Origin: Alphaproteobacteria bacterium
Lineage (GTDB): Bacteria > Pseudomonadota > Alphaproteobacteria > Bin95
Assembly: GCA_964291285.2 (NCBI GenBank)
Contig: OZ219787.1
Location: forward strand, 1,408,001 to 1,472,000
Direction: 5' to 3'
DNA length: 64,000 bases
A program made the position numbers and the translations under genes. Below the pieces are notes generated by a model. The model was given only the letters and a program-made list of their open reading frames with translations. It made no database searches and had not been told where the DNA came from. This document shows, one piece after another, positions 20,347 to 29,125 of this stretch (its first letter is position 1; every line of letters starts with the position of its first letter).

Positions 20347-23300
20347 ATGGGCGACATTCCGGAAGACTATCCACTCCGGGTCAAGGACTTGCGTGGGCGG
20401 TTGGGGCTCACGCAGGCGCAGATGGCGGAGCGCGTCGGCGTGTCGTTCGCGACAGTGAACCGCTGGGAGAACAGCCAGTCCAGGCCCGGGCGCCTGGCGT
20501 GGCGCGGGATCGTCGATCTGGAAGCCGAGGTCCGGCACTTGACCCGGCCGGCCGAGCCGCCCGCCGCTTCGGCGACGCCAACACTCGACTTTGGCTCCGA
20601 GCCGGCAGCGGTGGCTGCCGTTGCGGCGGCGACGCGGCTCGCCTACGGCCACCTGTCCAACCCGGCTTTCGCCAGCGAGATATCCTCGATCGACCCGTTG
20701 CCGCACCAGCGTATCGCCGTCTACGAGCACATGATCGGCCAGTCGCCGCTGCGGTTTCTCCTTGCCGACGACGCCGGCGCCGGAAAGACGATCATGACGG
20801 GGCTGTATCTCCGCGAGATGCTCGTGCGACGGCTGGTGACCCGTGTGCTTGTGGCGGCGCCGGCCGGGCTGGTCGGCAACTGGGAACGCGAGATGCGCAC
20901 GCTGTTCCGCCTCCCCTTCCGCATCGTGCGCGGTCCCGACGCCCGCGCCGGGAACCCGTTCGTCGGGCCGGAGAGCGACCGCGTCGTCGTCAGCGTCGAC
21001 ACGCTTGCCGGCGAACGCATGTTCGGGCGCCTGCGCGAGGCGGTGGAAACGGGCGCCGCGCGGCCCTATGACCTCGTGGTGTTCGACGAGGCCCACAAGC
21101 TGGCCGCCGCCCGCGAGCAGGATTTCCGAGTCCGCAAGACCGGCCGCTACCGCCTCGCCGAGGCGCTGGCCGGCCTGCCCGCCAACTGCGCGCGCTGGCG
21201 ACTGGGCTGGTCGGCACCCAACATCCTGCTGCTGACCGCGACGCCGCACATGGGCAAGGACTTCCCCTACTACTGTCTGTGGCGCCTGCTCGCGCCGGAC
21301 GCGCTGGCGACCTTCGAGGCGTTCGCGGACTTCCCCGAAGCGCAGCGCCGCCGCCACTTCATCCGCCGCACAAAGGAAGAGATGGTTCACGCCGACGGCC
21401 GCCCCCTCTACCCGCAACGCAAGTGCGACACCCTCAGCTACGTGCTCGCCCCGGCCGAACAGGAGCTTTATGACGCGACCACGCAGTACATTGAGGAAAC
21501 CTGCAACAAGGCGCGCATTCTGAACCGTTCCGCGGCCCGTCTTGCGATGAGCGTGTTCCAGCGTCGGCTCGCCAGCTCGACCTATGCCGTGATGCGCTCG
21601 TTCGAGCGCCGCCTCGCCCGCCTGGACGAGGCCGTCGCGCTCGTCCGGGCGGGCCGCAGCGAGGAGCTGGAGCGGGGCCAGACCCGGCTCGGTAAGACAC
21701 CGGATTTCTTCGAATCCCGCACCGCCGACGAGGAGGCGGACGACAGCGGCGAACGGGAGCGCCACGAGGAATTCGAAGAGGCCGCGCTCGGCGGTTTCGC
21801 CGCGCTCACCCTGACGCAACTCCGGGAGGAGCGGGCGGAGGTCGAGGTCCTTCTGTTCCAGGCGCGCCGCCTCGCCGAAGCTGGCGAGGACTCCAAGTTC
21901 GAGAAGCTGCGCGCGGTCATGGGCGATCCGGCCTTCGCCCGGGAGAAGCTCATCGTCTTCACCGAGCACCGCGACACGGCGGCGTTTCTGGTGCGCCGCC
22001 TGGAAGGTCTCGGCTTCGCCGGGCGGGTCGCCCTGGTCCACGGCGGGCTGGACTACCGCGCGCGCGAGGCGCAGGTGGAACTGTTCCGGCGTCCGGCGGA
22101 GCGCGGCGGCGCCAGCTATCTGGTCGCGACCGATGCCGCCGGCGAGGGCATCAATCTCCAGTTCTGCTGGCTGATGGTGAATTACGACCTGCCCTGGAAC
22201 CCGGCGCGGCTGGAGCAGAGGATGGGGCGCATCCACCGCTACGGGCAGACGCGCGACCCGGTGGTGATCGTCAACCTGGTCGCCGGGGAGACGCGCGAAG
22301 GCCGGGTCCTCAAGGTGCTGCTCGACAAGCTCGAGGCGATCCGCAAGGAACTCCGCTCGGACAAGGTGTTCGATGTCGTCGGGCACCTGTTCGAGAATCT
22401 GCCGCTCAAGGACTATCTGGAGCAGGCGGTGACGGAGGCTGGCGCCCGCGCCGCTGTCGAGGCGTTCGAGGCCAATCTGACGCCGGAACGGGCGGTCGCC
22501 ATTGAAGCGCGGGAGCGTGGCCTCTACGGCAGCGGCGAGGTCCGCGCCCGCCTTCCCGAACTCAACGCGACCATGGAGCGGGAACAGTATCGCCGCCTGC
22601 TCCCCGGCCATGTCCGCCACTTCGTCGAGACCGCGGCCCCCTTGATCGACCTGCGGCTGGAGGGCGACGCGGGCGGCGTGTTCGACTTCGTGCCCCAACG
22701 CCCGCGCGCCGCCGACGATATGCGCGCCGCGATGGACGTCTACCCCGAAGCGATGCGGGGCCGGTTGACGTTCCAGCGTCCGGAATCTGGCGGCGACACC
22801 ATCTGGATGCATCCCGGCGAGCCGGTGTTCGAGTGCTTTCACGCCGCTCTGCTGGCGCGCCACGGCGGCGAGGCGCTGCGCGGCGCGATATTCGTCGATC
22901 CCCACGCCGAGGAACCCTACCTCTTTCACCTGGCCCGGGTCTCGGTGGTGCGGCGCGGCCGGAACCGGGTGGAGACGGTCGAGATACGCCCGGTCGGGCT
23001 GCGGCAGGAGAGCGACGGCGCCGTTTCGCCCTGCCCGCCGGAGCATCTGCTCTTGTTGCGCGGCATTGGCGGCGTCGCGCCCGGCAGCATACCGCTGGCC
23101 CGCGCGGCGCACAGGCTCACGGAGAACGCCAGGGCGTCGCTGAAGGAGACTGCACTGCGCATGGCGGCGAAACATCGCGTGCGCCTTGAGGAGGCGCTGC
23201 CGGAACGGCGCCGTTGGACCGCGCGCGGCTACGACTACAAGACCGCCGAATTGATGACGAGGCGCCGGAGCATGAGCGGGGAGGCCCGCCAGGGCGATTC

Positions 23301-23901
23301 GCAAGCGCAAGCGGAGCTCGCCATCGTGAAGGAAGAGCAGAACCGCCTGGTCGCGGAGCAGCGCTGCCATCTGGCGGCGCTGGAGGCGGAGCCTGCCTCG
23401 ATCGGGCCCGGCGAGGCAGCGATGATCGCCCATGCACTGGTCCTGCCGACCGGTGACCCGGAAGAGCGGCAGCGGCACGACGCCGAAGTCGAGGCGATCG
23501 CCATGGCCCATGCGCGCGCCCATGAGGAAGCGGCGGGGGCTTCGGTTCGAGACGTGTCGCGGCCCGCGCTGGCGCGGCGCGCCGGCTTGGGCGACTGGCC
23601 CGGCTTCGACCTTCGTTCGCTGCGCCCGGCCGGAGCGGGCGGGCCGGCCGAGGACCGCGCCATAGAGGTCAAGGGCCGCGCCGGATCGGGCGCGGTGGAA
23701 GTGAGCGAAAACGAATGGGCGGCGGCCTGCAACCTGCGCGAGCGCTACTGGCTCTATGTCGTCTTCGATTGCGCCGGGCCGCGCCCCCGCCTGGTCAGGG
23801 TGCGCGACCCCTTCGGCCGCCTGCTGGCCCGGACGAAAGGCGGCGTCGTCATCTCGGCGTCGGAAATCTTGTCGGCAAGCACGGACGAGAGGGTGGCGTA
23901 A
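20347..23901 (+). CDS. XRE-HTH + SNF2 helicase + DUF3883 nuclease fusion
   Basis: LTQAQMAERVGVSFATVNRWE; LADDAGAGKT, FDEAH, TATPH, EGINLQ, EQRMGRIHRYGQ; GFDLRS..AIEVKGR..YWLYVV. Confidence 0.9.
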   Translation: MGDIPEDYPLRVKDLRGRLGLTQAQMAERVGVSFATVNRWENSQSRPGRLAWRGIVDLEAEVRHLTRPAEPPAASATPTLDFGSEPAAVAAVAAATRLAYGHLSNPAFASEISSIDPLPHQRIAVYEHMIGQSPLRFLLADDAGAGKTIMTGLYLREMLVRRLVTRVLVAAPAGLVGNWEREMRTLFRLPFRIVRGPDARAGNPFVGPESDRVVVSVDTLAGERMFGRLREAVETGAARPYDLVVFDEAHKLAAAREQDFRVRKTGRYRLAEALAGLPANCARWRLGWSAPNILLLTATPHMGKDFPYYCLWRLLAPDALATFEAFADFPEAQRRRHFIRRTKEEMVHADGRPLYPQRKCDTLSYVLAPAEQELYDATTQYIEETCNKARILNRSAARLAMSVFQRRLASSTYAVMRSFERRLARLDEAVALVRAGRSEELERGQTRLGKTPDFFESRTADEEADDSGERERHEEFEEAALGGFAALTLTQLREERAEVEVLLFQARRLAEAGEDSKFEKLRAVMGDPAFAREKLIVFTEHRDTAAFLVRRLEGLGFAGRVALVHGGLDYRAREAQVELFRRPAERGGASYLVATDAAGEGINLQFCWLMVNYDLPWNPARLEQRMGRIHRYGQTRDPVVIVNLVAGETREGRVLKVLLDKLEAIRKELRSDKVFDVVGHLFENLPLKDYLEQAVTEAGARAAVEAFEANLTPERAVAIEARERGLYGSGEVRARLPELNATMEREQYRRLLPGHVRHFVETAAPLIDLRLEGDAGGVFDFVPQRPRAADDMRAAMDVYPEAMRGRLTFQRPESGGDTIWMHPGEPVFECFHAALLARHGGEALRGAIFVDPHAEEPYLFHLARVSVVRRGRNRVETVEIRPVGLRQESDGAVSPCPPEHLLLLRGIGGVAPGSIPLARAAHRLTENARASLKETALRMAAKHRVRLEEALPERRRWTARGYDYKTAELMTRRRSMSGEARQGDSQAQAELAIVKEEQNRLVAEQRCHLAALEAEPASIGPGEAAMIAHALVLPTGDPEERQRHDAEVEAIAMAHARAHEEAAGASVRDVSRPALARRAGLGDWPGFDLRSLRPAGAGGPAEDRAIEVKGRAGSGAVEVSENEWAAACNLRERYWLYVVFDCAGPRPRLVRVRDPFGRLLARTKGGVVISASEILSASTDERVA

Positions 23902-25835
23902 TGCCGTGGAATGACGATTTACACGGTGCCGCGCTTAACATTGCTGCGTCAGACGCATCACCCCTGCGTGTACGTGCAGGCCCTGGCACCGGCAAGACTT
24001 TTACGTTGATGCGCCGGATCGCGCGTTTCCTGGAGCAGGGAATCGAACCAGAGCGCATTCTTGTATGTACATTTACTCGGACAGCCGCGGCTGATCTGAA
24101 AGAAGCCGTCGTTGCGTTGAATGCGCCTGGAGCAGATAGTGTAAAAACGACTACCATCCATGGCCATTGTTTCGGAATCCTCATGCGAGATGATGTTTTG
24201 GCTTCGACCTCTCGGGTTCCTCGGCCGCTATTGGAGTTTGAGCGGCGCTTTCTCTTGGAGGATCTACCGGGAAACGCCTTCGGCACGATCCACGGCAAGC
24301 GGAAACGGCTCATGGCCTTTGAGGCGGCTTGGGCGAGACTCCAAGACGAGCAGCCAGGTTGGCCAAACGATGCAACGGATAAGGCTTTCCAAGCCGCGCT
24401 TCTTGATTGGTTGCGCTTTCATGGGGCAATGTTGATCGGCGAACTTGTACCGGAAGTCTTGCGTTATCTTCGGAACAACCCCGCGGCACGGGACTTTGAT
24501 CAGTTCACGGAGATTCTCGTTGACGAGTATCAAGACCTGAACGTCGCCGAGCAGGAGGTGATCGATCTACTTGCCATAGACGCGAAGTTGACAGTTATTG
24601 GTGACGAAGATCAATCGATCTATTCTTTCAAGTGCGCACACCCGGAAGGGATCGAGGAGTTTGACCTGAGAAATACCGGAACTGCAGACGAAACGTTGGA
24701 GGTATTTCGGCGGTGCCCAACCACAATTGTCGCACCGGCCAATGAATTAATCAGCAACAATAACGATAGAGTCAATCGATCTCTGTTGCCGCATGTGGAA
24801 AACGGCCAAGGGGAAGTCCATATCGTCCAATGGACAGATATCGAGGCGGAGGCGAACGGGTTAGCTCAATTCATCCGACAGCGTATCGTCGATGAACGAG
24901 TCCATCCCGGTCGGGTTCTCGTTCTCGCTCCACGCCGGGTGTTCGGCTATGCGGTTCGTGATGCCTTGACGGCGCTAGATGTGCCGGCCCACAGCTTCTT
25001 TCAGGAACAGGCGCTCGAAGGCGATCCAAAGAGCAGGGACGGTAGCAAGAAGCAGCAGGTATTTACCCTTTTGACGCTTGCGGCCGATCCAACTGACGCA
25101 GCAGCGCTTCGCTGCTGGTGCGGTTTCGGCAATCACTCTCTTCACGCCCCCGCTTGGGGACGGATTCGCGAATTGTGTCAGCAACCGGACCATTCCCTAA
25201 CGGATGTGCTTGAAGGCATTCGGGATGAGCGCATTTCGTTGTGTTATGGCAACTCTCTCCGCGACAGGCTTTCTGAACTTCGACAGCGGCTACAGGTTCT
25301 TGAGAATTTGGTTGGCCAAGCTTTTGTGGATGCATTGTTTCCAGCGGACGACTCCGACTTTGAGGAGCTTCGCGAACTGACTTCTAGTCTTCCTGAGGGT
25401 GCCGATGCCAAATCTCTCCTGGATATACTTCGCACACGCATCACCCAACCTGAATTGCCGACAGATGTCAATTATGTTCGCGTAATGAGTCTGCACAAAT
25501 CAAAGGGTCTGACCGCCGATCTCGTAATCGTGATGGGTTGTGTTGAAGGACTAACTTCACACGTTGGTGATTCGCTATCGGAGGCAGAGAAGAACAAGGA
25601 TCTCGAAGAACAACGGCGACTGTTCTATGTTGCCGTGACTCGTTCACGTGATACACTAATTCTGTCGAGCGTCACACACTTGCCTCGAAACTTGGCTTAT
25701 CAACTTAAAGTGCGTATAACCGGTCGAAAGAATGTTGTTCCGACCATTACCTCACGCTTCATCCACGAGCTGGGTCCTAGAAGACCGAATCCGGTCAAAG
25801 GCGCGCAACTGCTCGAAACAGGGATTGGCGTATGA
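23901..25835 (+). CDS. UvrD/Rep-family SF1 helicase
   Basis: AGPGTGKT, CTFTRTAA, VDEYQD, GDEDQSIYSF, MSLHKSKGL, RRLFYVAVTR; lower GC. Confidence 0.9.
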   Translation: MPWNDDLHGAALNIAASDASPLRVRAGPGTGKTFTLMRRIARFLEQGIEPERILVCTFTRTAAADLKEAVVALNAPGADSVKTTTIHGHCFGILMRDDVLASTSRVPRPLLEFERRFLLEDLPGNAFGTIHGKRKRLMAFEAAWARLQDEQPGWPNDATDKAFQAALLDWLRFHGAMLIGELVPEVLRYLRNNPAARDFDQFTEILVDEYQDLNVAEQEVIDLLAIDAKLTVIGDEDQSIYSFKCAHPEGIEEFDLRNTGTADETLEVFRRCPTTIVAPANELISNNNDRVNRSLLPHVENGQGEVHIVQWTDIEAEANGLAQFIRQRIVDERVHPGRVLVLAPRRVFGYAVRDALTALDVPAHSFFQEQALEGDPKSRDGSKKQQVFTLLTLAADPTDAAALRCWCGFGNHSLHAPAWGRIRELCQQPDHSLTDVLEGIRDERISLCYGNSLRDRLSELRQRLQVLENLVGQAFVDALFPADDSDFEELRELTSSLPEGADAKSLLDILRTRITQPELPTDVNYVRVMSLHKSKGLTADLVIVMGCVEGLTSHVGDSLSEAEKNKDLEEQRRLFYVAVTRSRDTLILSSVTHLPRNLAYQLKVRITGRKNVVPTITSRFIHELGPRRPNPVKGAQLLETGIGV

Positions 25836-25906
25836 CCGCGCGCCGCAAGATTCTGATCATCACCGGGCCGACCGGACCCGCACAGCCGCGCGGCGCCGCC
25901 CCATGA
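25832..25906 (+). pseudogene. 24-codon remnant, probably the start of a P-loop ATPase
   Basis: MTARRKILIITGPTG..., with ATGA overlaps to both neighbours. Confidence 0.4.
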
Positions 25907-28900
25907 CCGCCGAGCGCGACACCCGCCTGATCGAGGTGGATTTTCCGCTGGAGCGGGTCTCGATCGACTCCGTGCATGAGAAGAACGTCCGGCACGGGCA
26001 TATCTCGACCCTGCATATCTGGCCGGCGCGGCGACCCTTGGCGGCGTGCCGGGCGGCGCTGGTGGCGACGCTGCTGCCCGATCCCGGTGATGCGGCGGCA
26101 CGGCAGGCCCTCTACAGCCGGCTGGCGGGCGAGGTCATCGAGACGGTCAAGGCCGAACGCCGCGGCGGCCGCGCGTTGGATCAGCACCGACGCGAGACCT
26201 CAGGCGGCCTGCTGCACTGGGGGCGCGAGGACGGCCCGGACCTGCAATGGTTCCGCGAGCGCATCCGCCAGGCCCATGGCGGACGCGCGCCCAGGGTGCT
26301 GGACCCGTTCGCCGGCGGCGGCGCGATTCCGTTGGAGGCGATGCGGCTGGGCTGCGAGGCCACCGCCATCGACATCAACCCGGTCGCCTGGTTCATCCTG
26401 AAATGCACGCTCGACTATCCGTACCGCCTTGCTGGCGAGGCCCTCCCGCTGCCTGATTTTGCGCGCGCCGACAGCGACTTCATGGCGGCGTTCCTCAAGG
26501 CCAGGGGGTTCAAGGGCAAGGCCCTGGCCCGCCAACTTGCCGCGCTCGGCCTAGGCGAGGACGCTGGCGATGCGGAGCCGGGGCTGCTCGACGACGCCCC
26601 GGAAACCGGCGGCGATCTTCTCCAGGCCGACCTCGCCTGGCAGTTGCGCGCCTGGGGCCGATATGTGCTGGCCCGCGTCCGCGCGGCGCTGGCGGAGCGC
26701 TATCCCACCTATGCCGAATTCCAGGCGCTCGTGCCCGGCGGCAAGTCCTGTGAGGAACGGCCGCTCGCGCTGCTGGCGCCGGATGAAAGGGGCGAGACTG
26801 ACGCCGGGCCATTGAACGACAGGTTCGACGGGGCACATCTGGAGGACCCGCGCAACCCGCGCTGGGTGCCGAAACCGACAGTGGCGTATCTGTGGGCGCG
26901 CACGGTGCGCTGCAAGGGCTGCCGGGCGACATTGCCCCTGCTCAAGACGCGCTGGCTCTGCAAGAAGGACAACAAGCGTATCCTGCTCACGATGGCGTCG
27001 AACGCGGACGGCACCGGCGTCGATTTCGGCGTCGAGACCGACGTGCCACGGGCTGGCGGCAATGCGGCGCAGCAGCGCGAGCACGACAAACGGCTCGGCG
27101 CAGGCACGATGAGCCGCAGCGGTGCGCGCTGCCCTTGCTGCCCAACGATCATGACCATGGAGGATATCCGCCTCGAAGGCCGCGCCGGGCGGCTGGGCGC
27201 TATCATGACCGCCGTGGTCGTGGACGGGCCGAAGGGCAAGGAATACCGGCTGCCGCAAGACGAGGAACTGCGCGCCGCGGAAGTCTCCGCCGACGAACTG
27301 GAAGCGCTGTATGCCGACATTCCCTTCGGGCTGCCGATGGAGCTAACACCGCGCCAGGGGCGGGGCGCTGCCCGCGCCTTCTCGGTGGAGAATTACGGCC
27401 TCGACCGCTGGGGCAAGCTGTTCACCGACCGGCAGCTTCTGGCGCTGGGTTCGGTGCTGCGGGAGATGCGCCGGTGCGCCGACGCGATGGCGGACCTCCC
27501 GCCAGAATGGCGGGAGGCTATCCTGGCCTGTCTGGCCCCGTCGCTCGGCCGCCTCGCCGACCGGGGCAGCGCGCTTGCGACCTGGACCAACGACCCGGAG
27601 AAAATCCGCAGCACGTTCGCTCGTTTCGCGCTGCCCGTCGTCTGGGACTTCGCCGAATCCTGTCCGCTAGCCGACACCACCGGCGGCTTCGTCCAGGCCG
27701 TCGAGTGGATCGCCCGCGTCGTCGAACATCTGCAAGACGCGACAAACGGCGCGCCCAGCGTAACGGTGCTGCGGCAGTCGGCCCTCGCATCCGTTCCCGG
27801 CGGTTTCGACGCCATCGTCACGGACCCGCCCTATTACGACGCCATCCCCTATTCGGACCTGATGGATTTCTTCCATGTCTGGCTGCGCCGGGCGCTGCAT
27901 GGCGTCGTGCCGGACGCCGAACCGGCGTTCGCCGACCCTCTCGGCCCGAAATGGAATGCGGCCGGCAGCGACGGCGAACTGATCGACGACGCCAGCCGGT
28001 TCGGCGGCGACCGGGCGGCGTCCAAGCAGGCCTATGAAGACGGCATGGCCCGCGCCTTCCAGGCCTGCCACGAGGCGCTGAAGCCGGAGGGCCGGCTGGT
28101 CGTCGTCTTCGCGAACAAGTCCCCCGACGCCTGGGAGACCCTGGTCGCGGCGCTGATCCGCGCCGGGTTCGTCGTCACCGGCTCCTGGCCGATCCAGACC
28201 GAGATGCAGACCCGGCAGCGTTCGCTGTCCTCTGCCGCCCTCGCCTCCTCGGTCTGGCTCGTCTGCCGCAAGCGCCCGCCGGCCCGGCCGGGCTGGGACA
28301 GCGCGGTGCTGGCCGAGATGCGCGAGAACATCGTGCGGCGGCTGCGCGGCTTCTGGGATGCCGGCATCCGCGGGCCGGACTTCGTGTGGGCCGCGACGGG
28401 GCCGGCGCTCGAAGCCTTCTCCCGGCATCCGGCGGTGAAGAAGGCCGATGCGCCCGGCGAGACCATGGCGGTCTCCGAATTCCTGCGCGAGGTGCGCCGC
28501 ATGGTGGTCGATTTCGTCGTCGGCCGGGTGCTGACCGGCGACGGCGACCCCGAGGCGGTGCGCGGCCTCGATGATGTGACGACCTATTACCTGCTGCACC
28601 GCGGCGATTTCGGCCTGGGCGAGGCCCCCGCCGGGGCCTGCATCCTCTATGCGCTGTCCTGCAACCTGTCCGACCGCGACCTCTCCGACCGATTCGCCAT
28701 CCTGTCACGACCTGGCCGCGTCCAATCCGACGAATCAGATGACGACGGGACCGGCGAGGAAGACGAGGACGGCGGCGGCGCTGCGGGTGCCGGCGGCGGG
28801 GGCGGCAAGGCGAAGCTGCTGCCCTGGAACCGGCGCAAGGCCAGAGGGCTGGGACTCGAAGGTCCGGGCGGGCGCCCCGCGCCGCTGATCGACCGGGCGC

Positions 28901-29124
28901 ACCGGCTGATGCAGCTCTGGCGCGCGGGCGACGAGGCGAAGGTGAACGCCTATATCGACGACAGCGGCCTCGCGCGCCACGCCCTGTTCGCGCGGCTGCT
29001 GCAGGCGCTGATCGAACTGGCGCCAGCCGGCTCGGAGGAACGCGCGATCCTCGAATCCCTCTCCAACCACCTCGCCACCCGCGCCGGCCTCGCCGCCCCG
29101 CGCCAGGCAAGGCTGGAAGTCTAA
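25903..29124 (+). CDS. DUF1156 N6-adenine DNA methyltransferase with Zn ribbon
   Basis: LIEVDFP, LHIWPARRPLAACRA, DPFAGGG, CKGC..CPCC, TDPPYY. Confidence 0.9.
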   Translation: MTAERDTRLIEVDFPLERVSIDSVHEKNVRHGHISTLHIWPARRPLAACRAALVATLLPDPGDAAARQALYSRLAGEVIETVKAERRGGRALDQHRRETSGGLLHWGREDGPDLQWFRERIRQAHGGRAPRVLDPFAGGGAIPLEAMRLGCEATAIDINPVAWFILKCTLDYPYRLAGEALPLPDFARADSDFMAAFLKARGFKGKALARQLAALGLGEDAGDAEPGLLDDAPETGGDLLQADLAWQLRAWGRYVLARVRAALAERYPTYAEFQALVPGGKSCEERPLALLAPDERGETDAGPLNDRFDGAHLEDPRNPRWVPKPTVAYLWARTVRCKGCRATLPLLKTRWLCKKDNKRILLTMASNADGTGVDFGVETDVPRAGGNAAQQREHDKRLGAGTMSRSGARCPCCPTIMTMEDIRLEGRAGRLGAIMTAVVVDGPKGKEYRLPQDEELRAAEVSADELEALYADIPFGLPMELTPRQGRGAARAFSVENYGLDRWGKLFTDRQLLALGSVLREMRRCADAMADLPPEWREAILACLAPSLGRLADRGSALATWTNDPEKIRSTFARFALPVVWDFAESCPLADTTGGFVQAVEWIARVVEHLQDATNGAPSVTVLRQSALASVPGGFDAIVTDPPYYDAIPYSDLMDFFHVWLRRALHGVVPDAEPAFADPLGPKWNAAGSDGELIDDASRFGGDRAASKQAYEDGMARAFQACHEALKPEGRLVVVFANKSPDAWETLVAALIRAGFVVTGSWPIQTEMQTRQRSLSSAALASSVWLVCRKRPPARPGWDSAVLAEMRENIVRRLRGFWDAGIRGPDFVWAATGPALEAFSRHPAVKKADAPGETMAVSEFLREVRRMVVDFVVGRVLTGDGDPEAVRGLDDVTTYYLLHRGDFGLGEAPAGACILYALSCNLSDRDLSDRFAILSRPGRVQSDESDDDGTGEEDEDGGGAAGAGGGGGKAKLLPWNRRKARGLGLEGPGGRPAPLIDRAHRLMQLWRAGDEAKVNAYIDDSGLARHALFARLLQALIELAPAGSEERAILESLSNHLATRAGLAAPRQARLEV

Positions 29125-29125
29125 C

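Noticed and set aside
23901-25835. Gabija (GajB)
   Set aside because: No adjacent OLD-family ATPase-Toprim nuclease (GajA)
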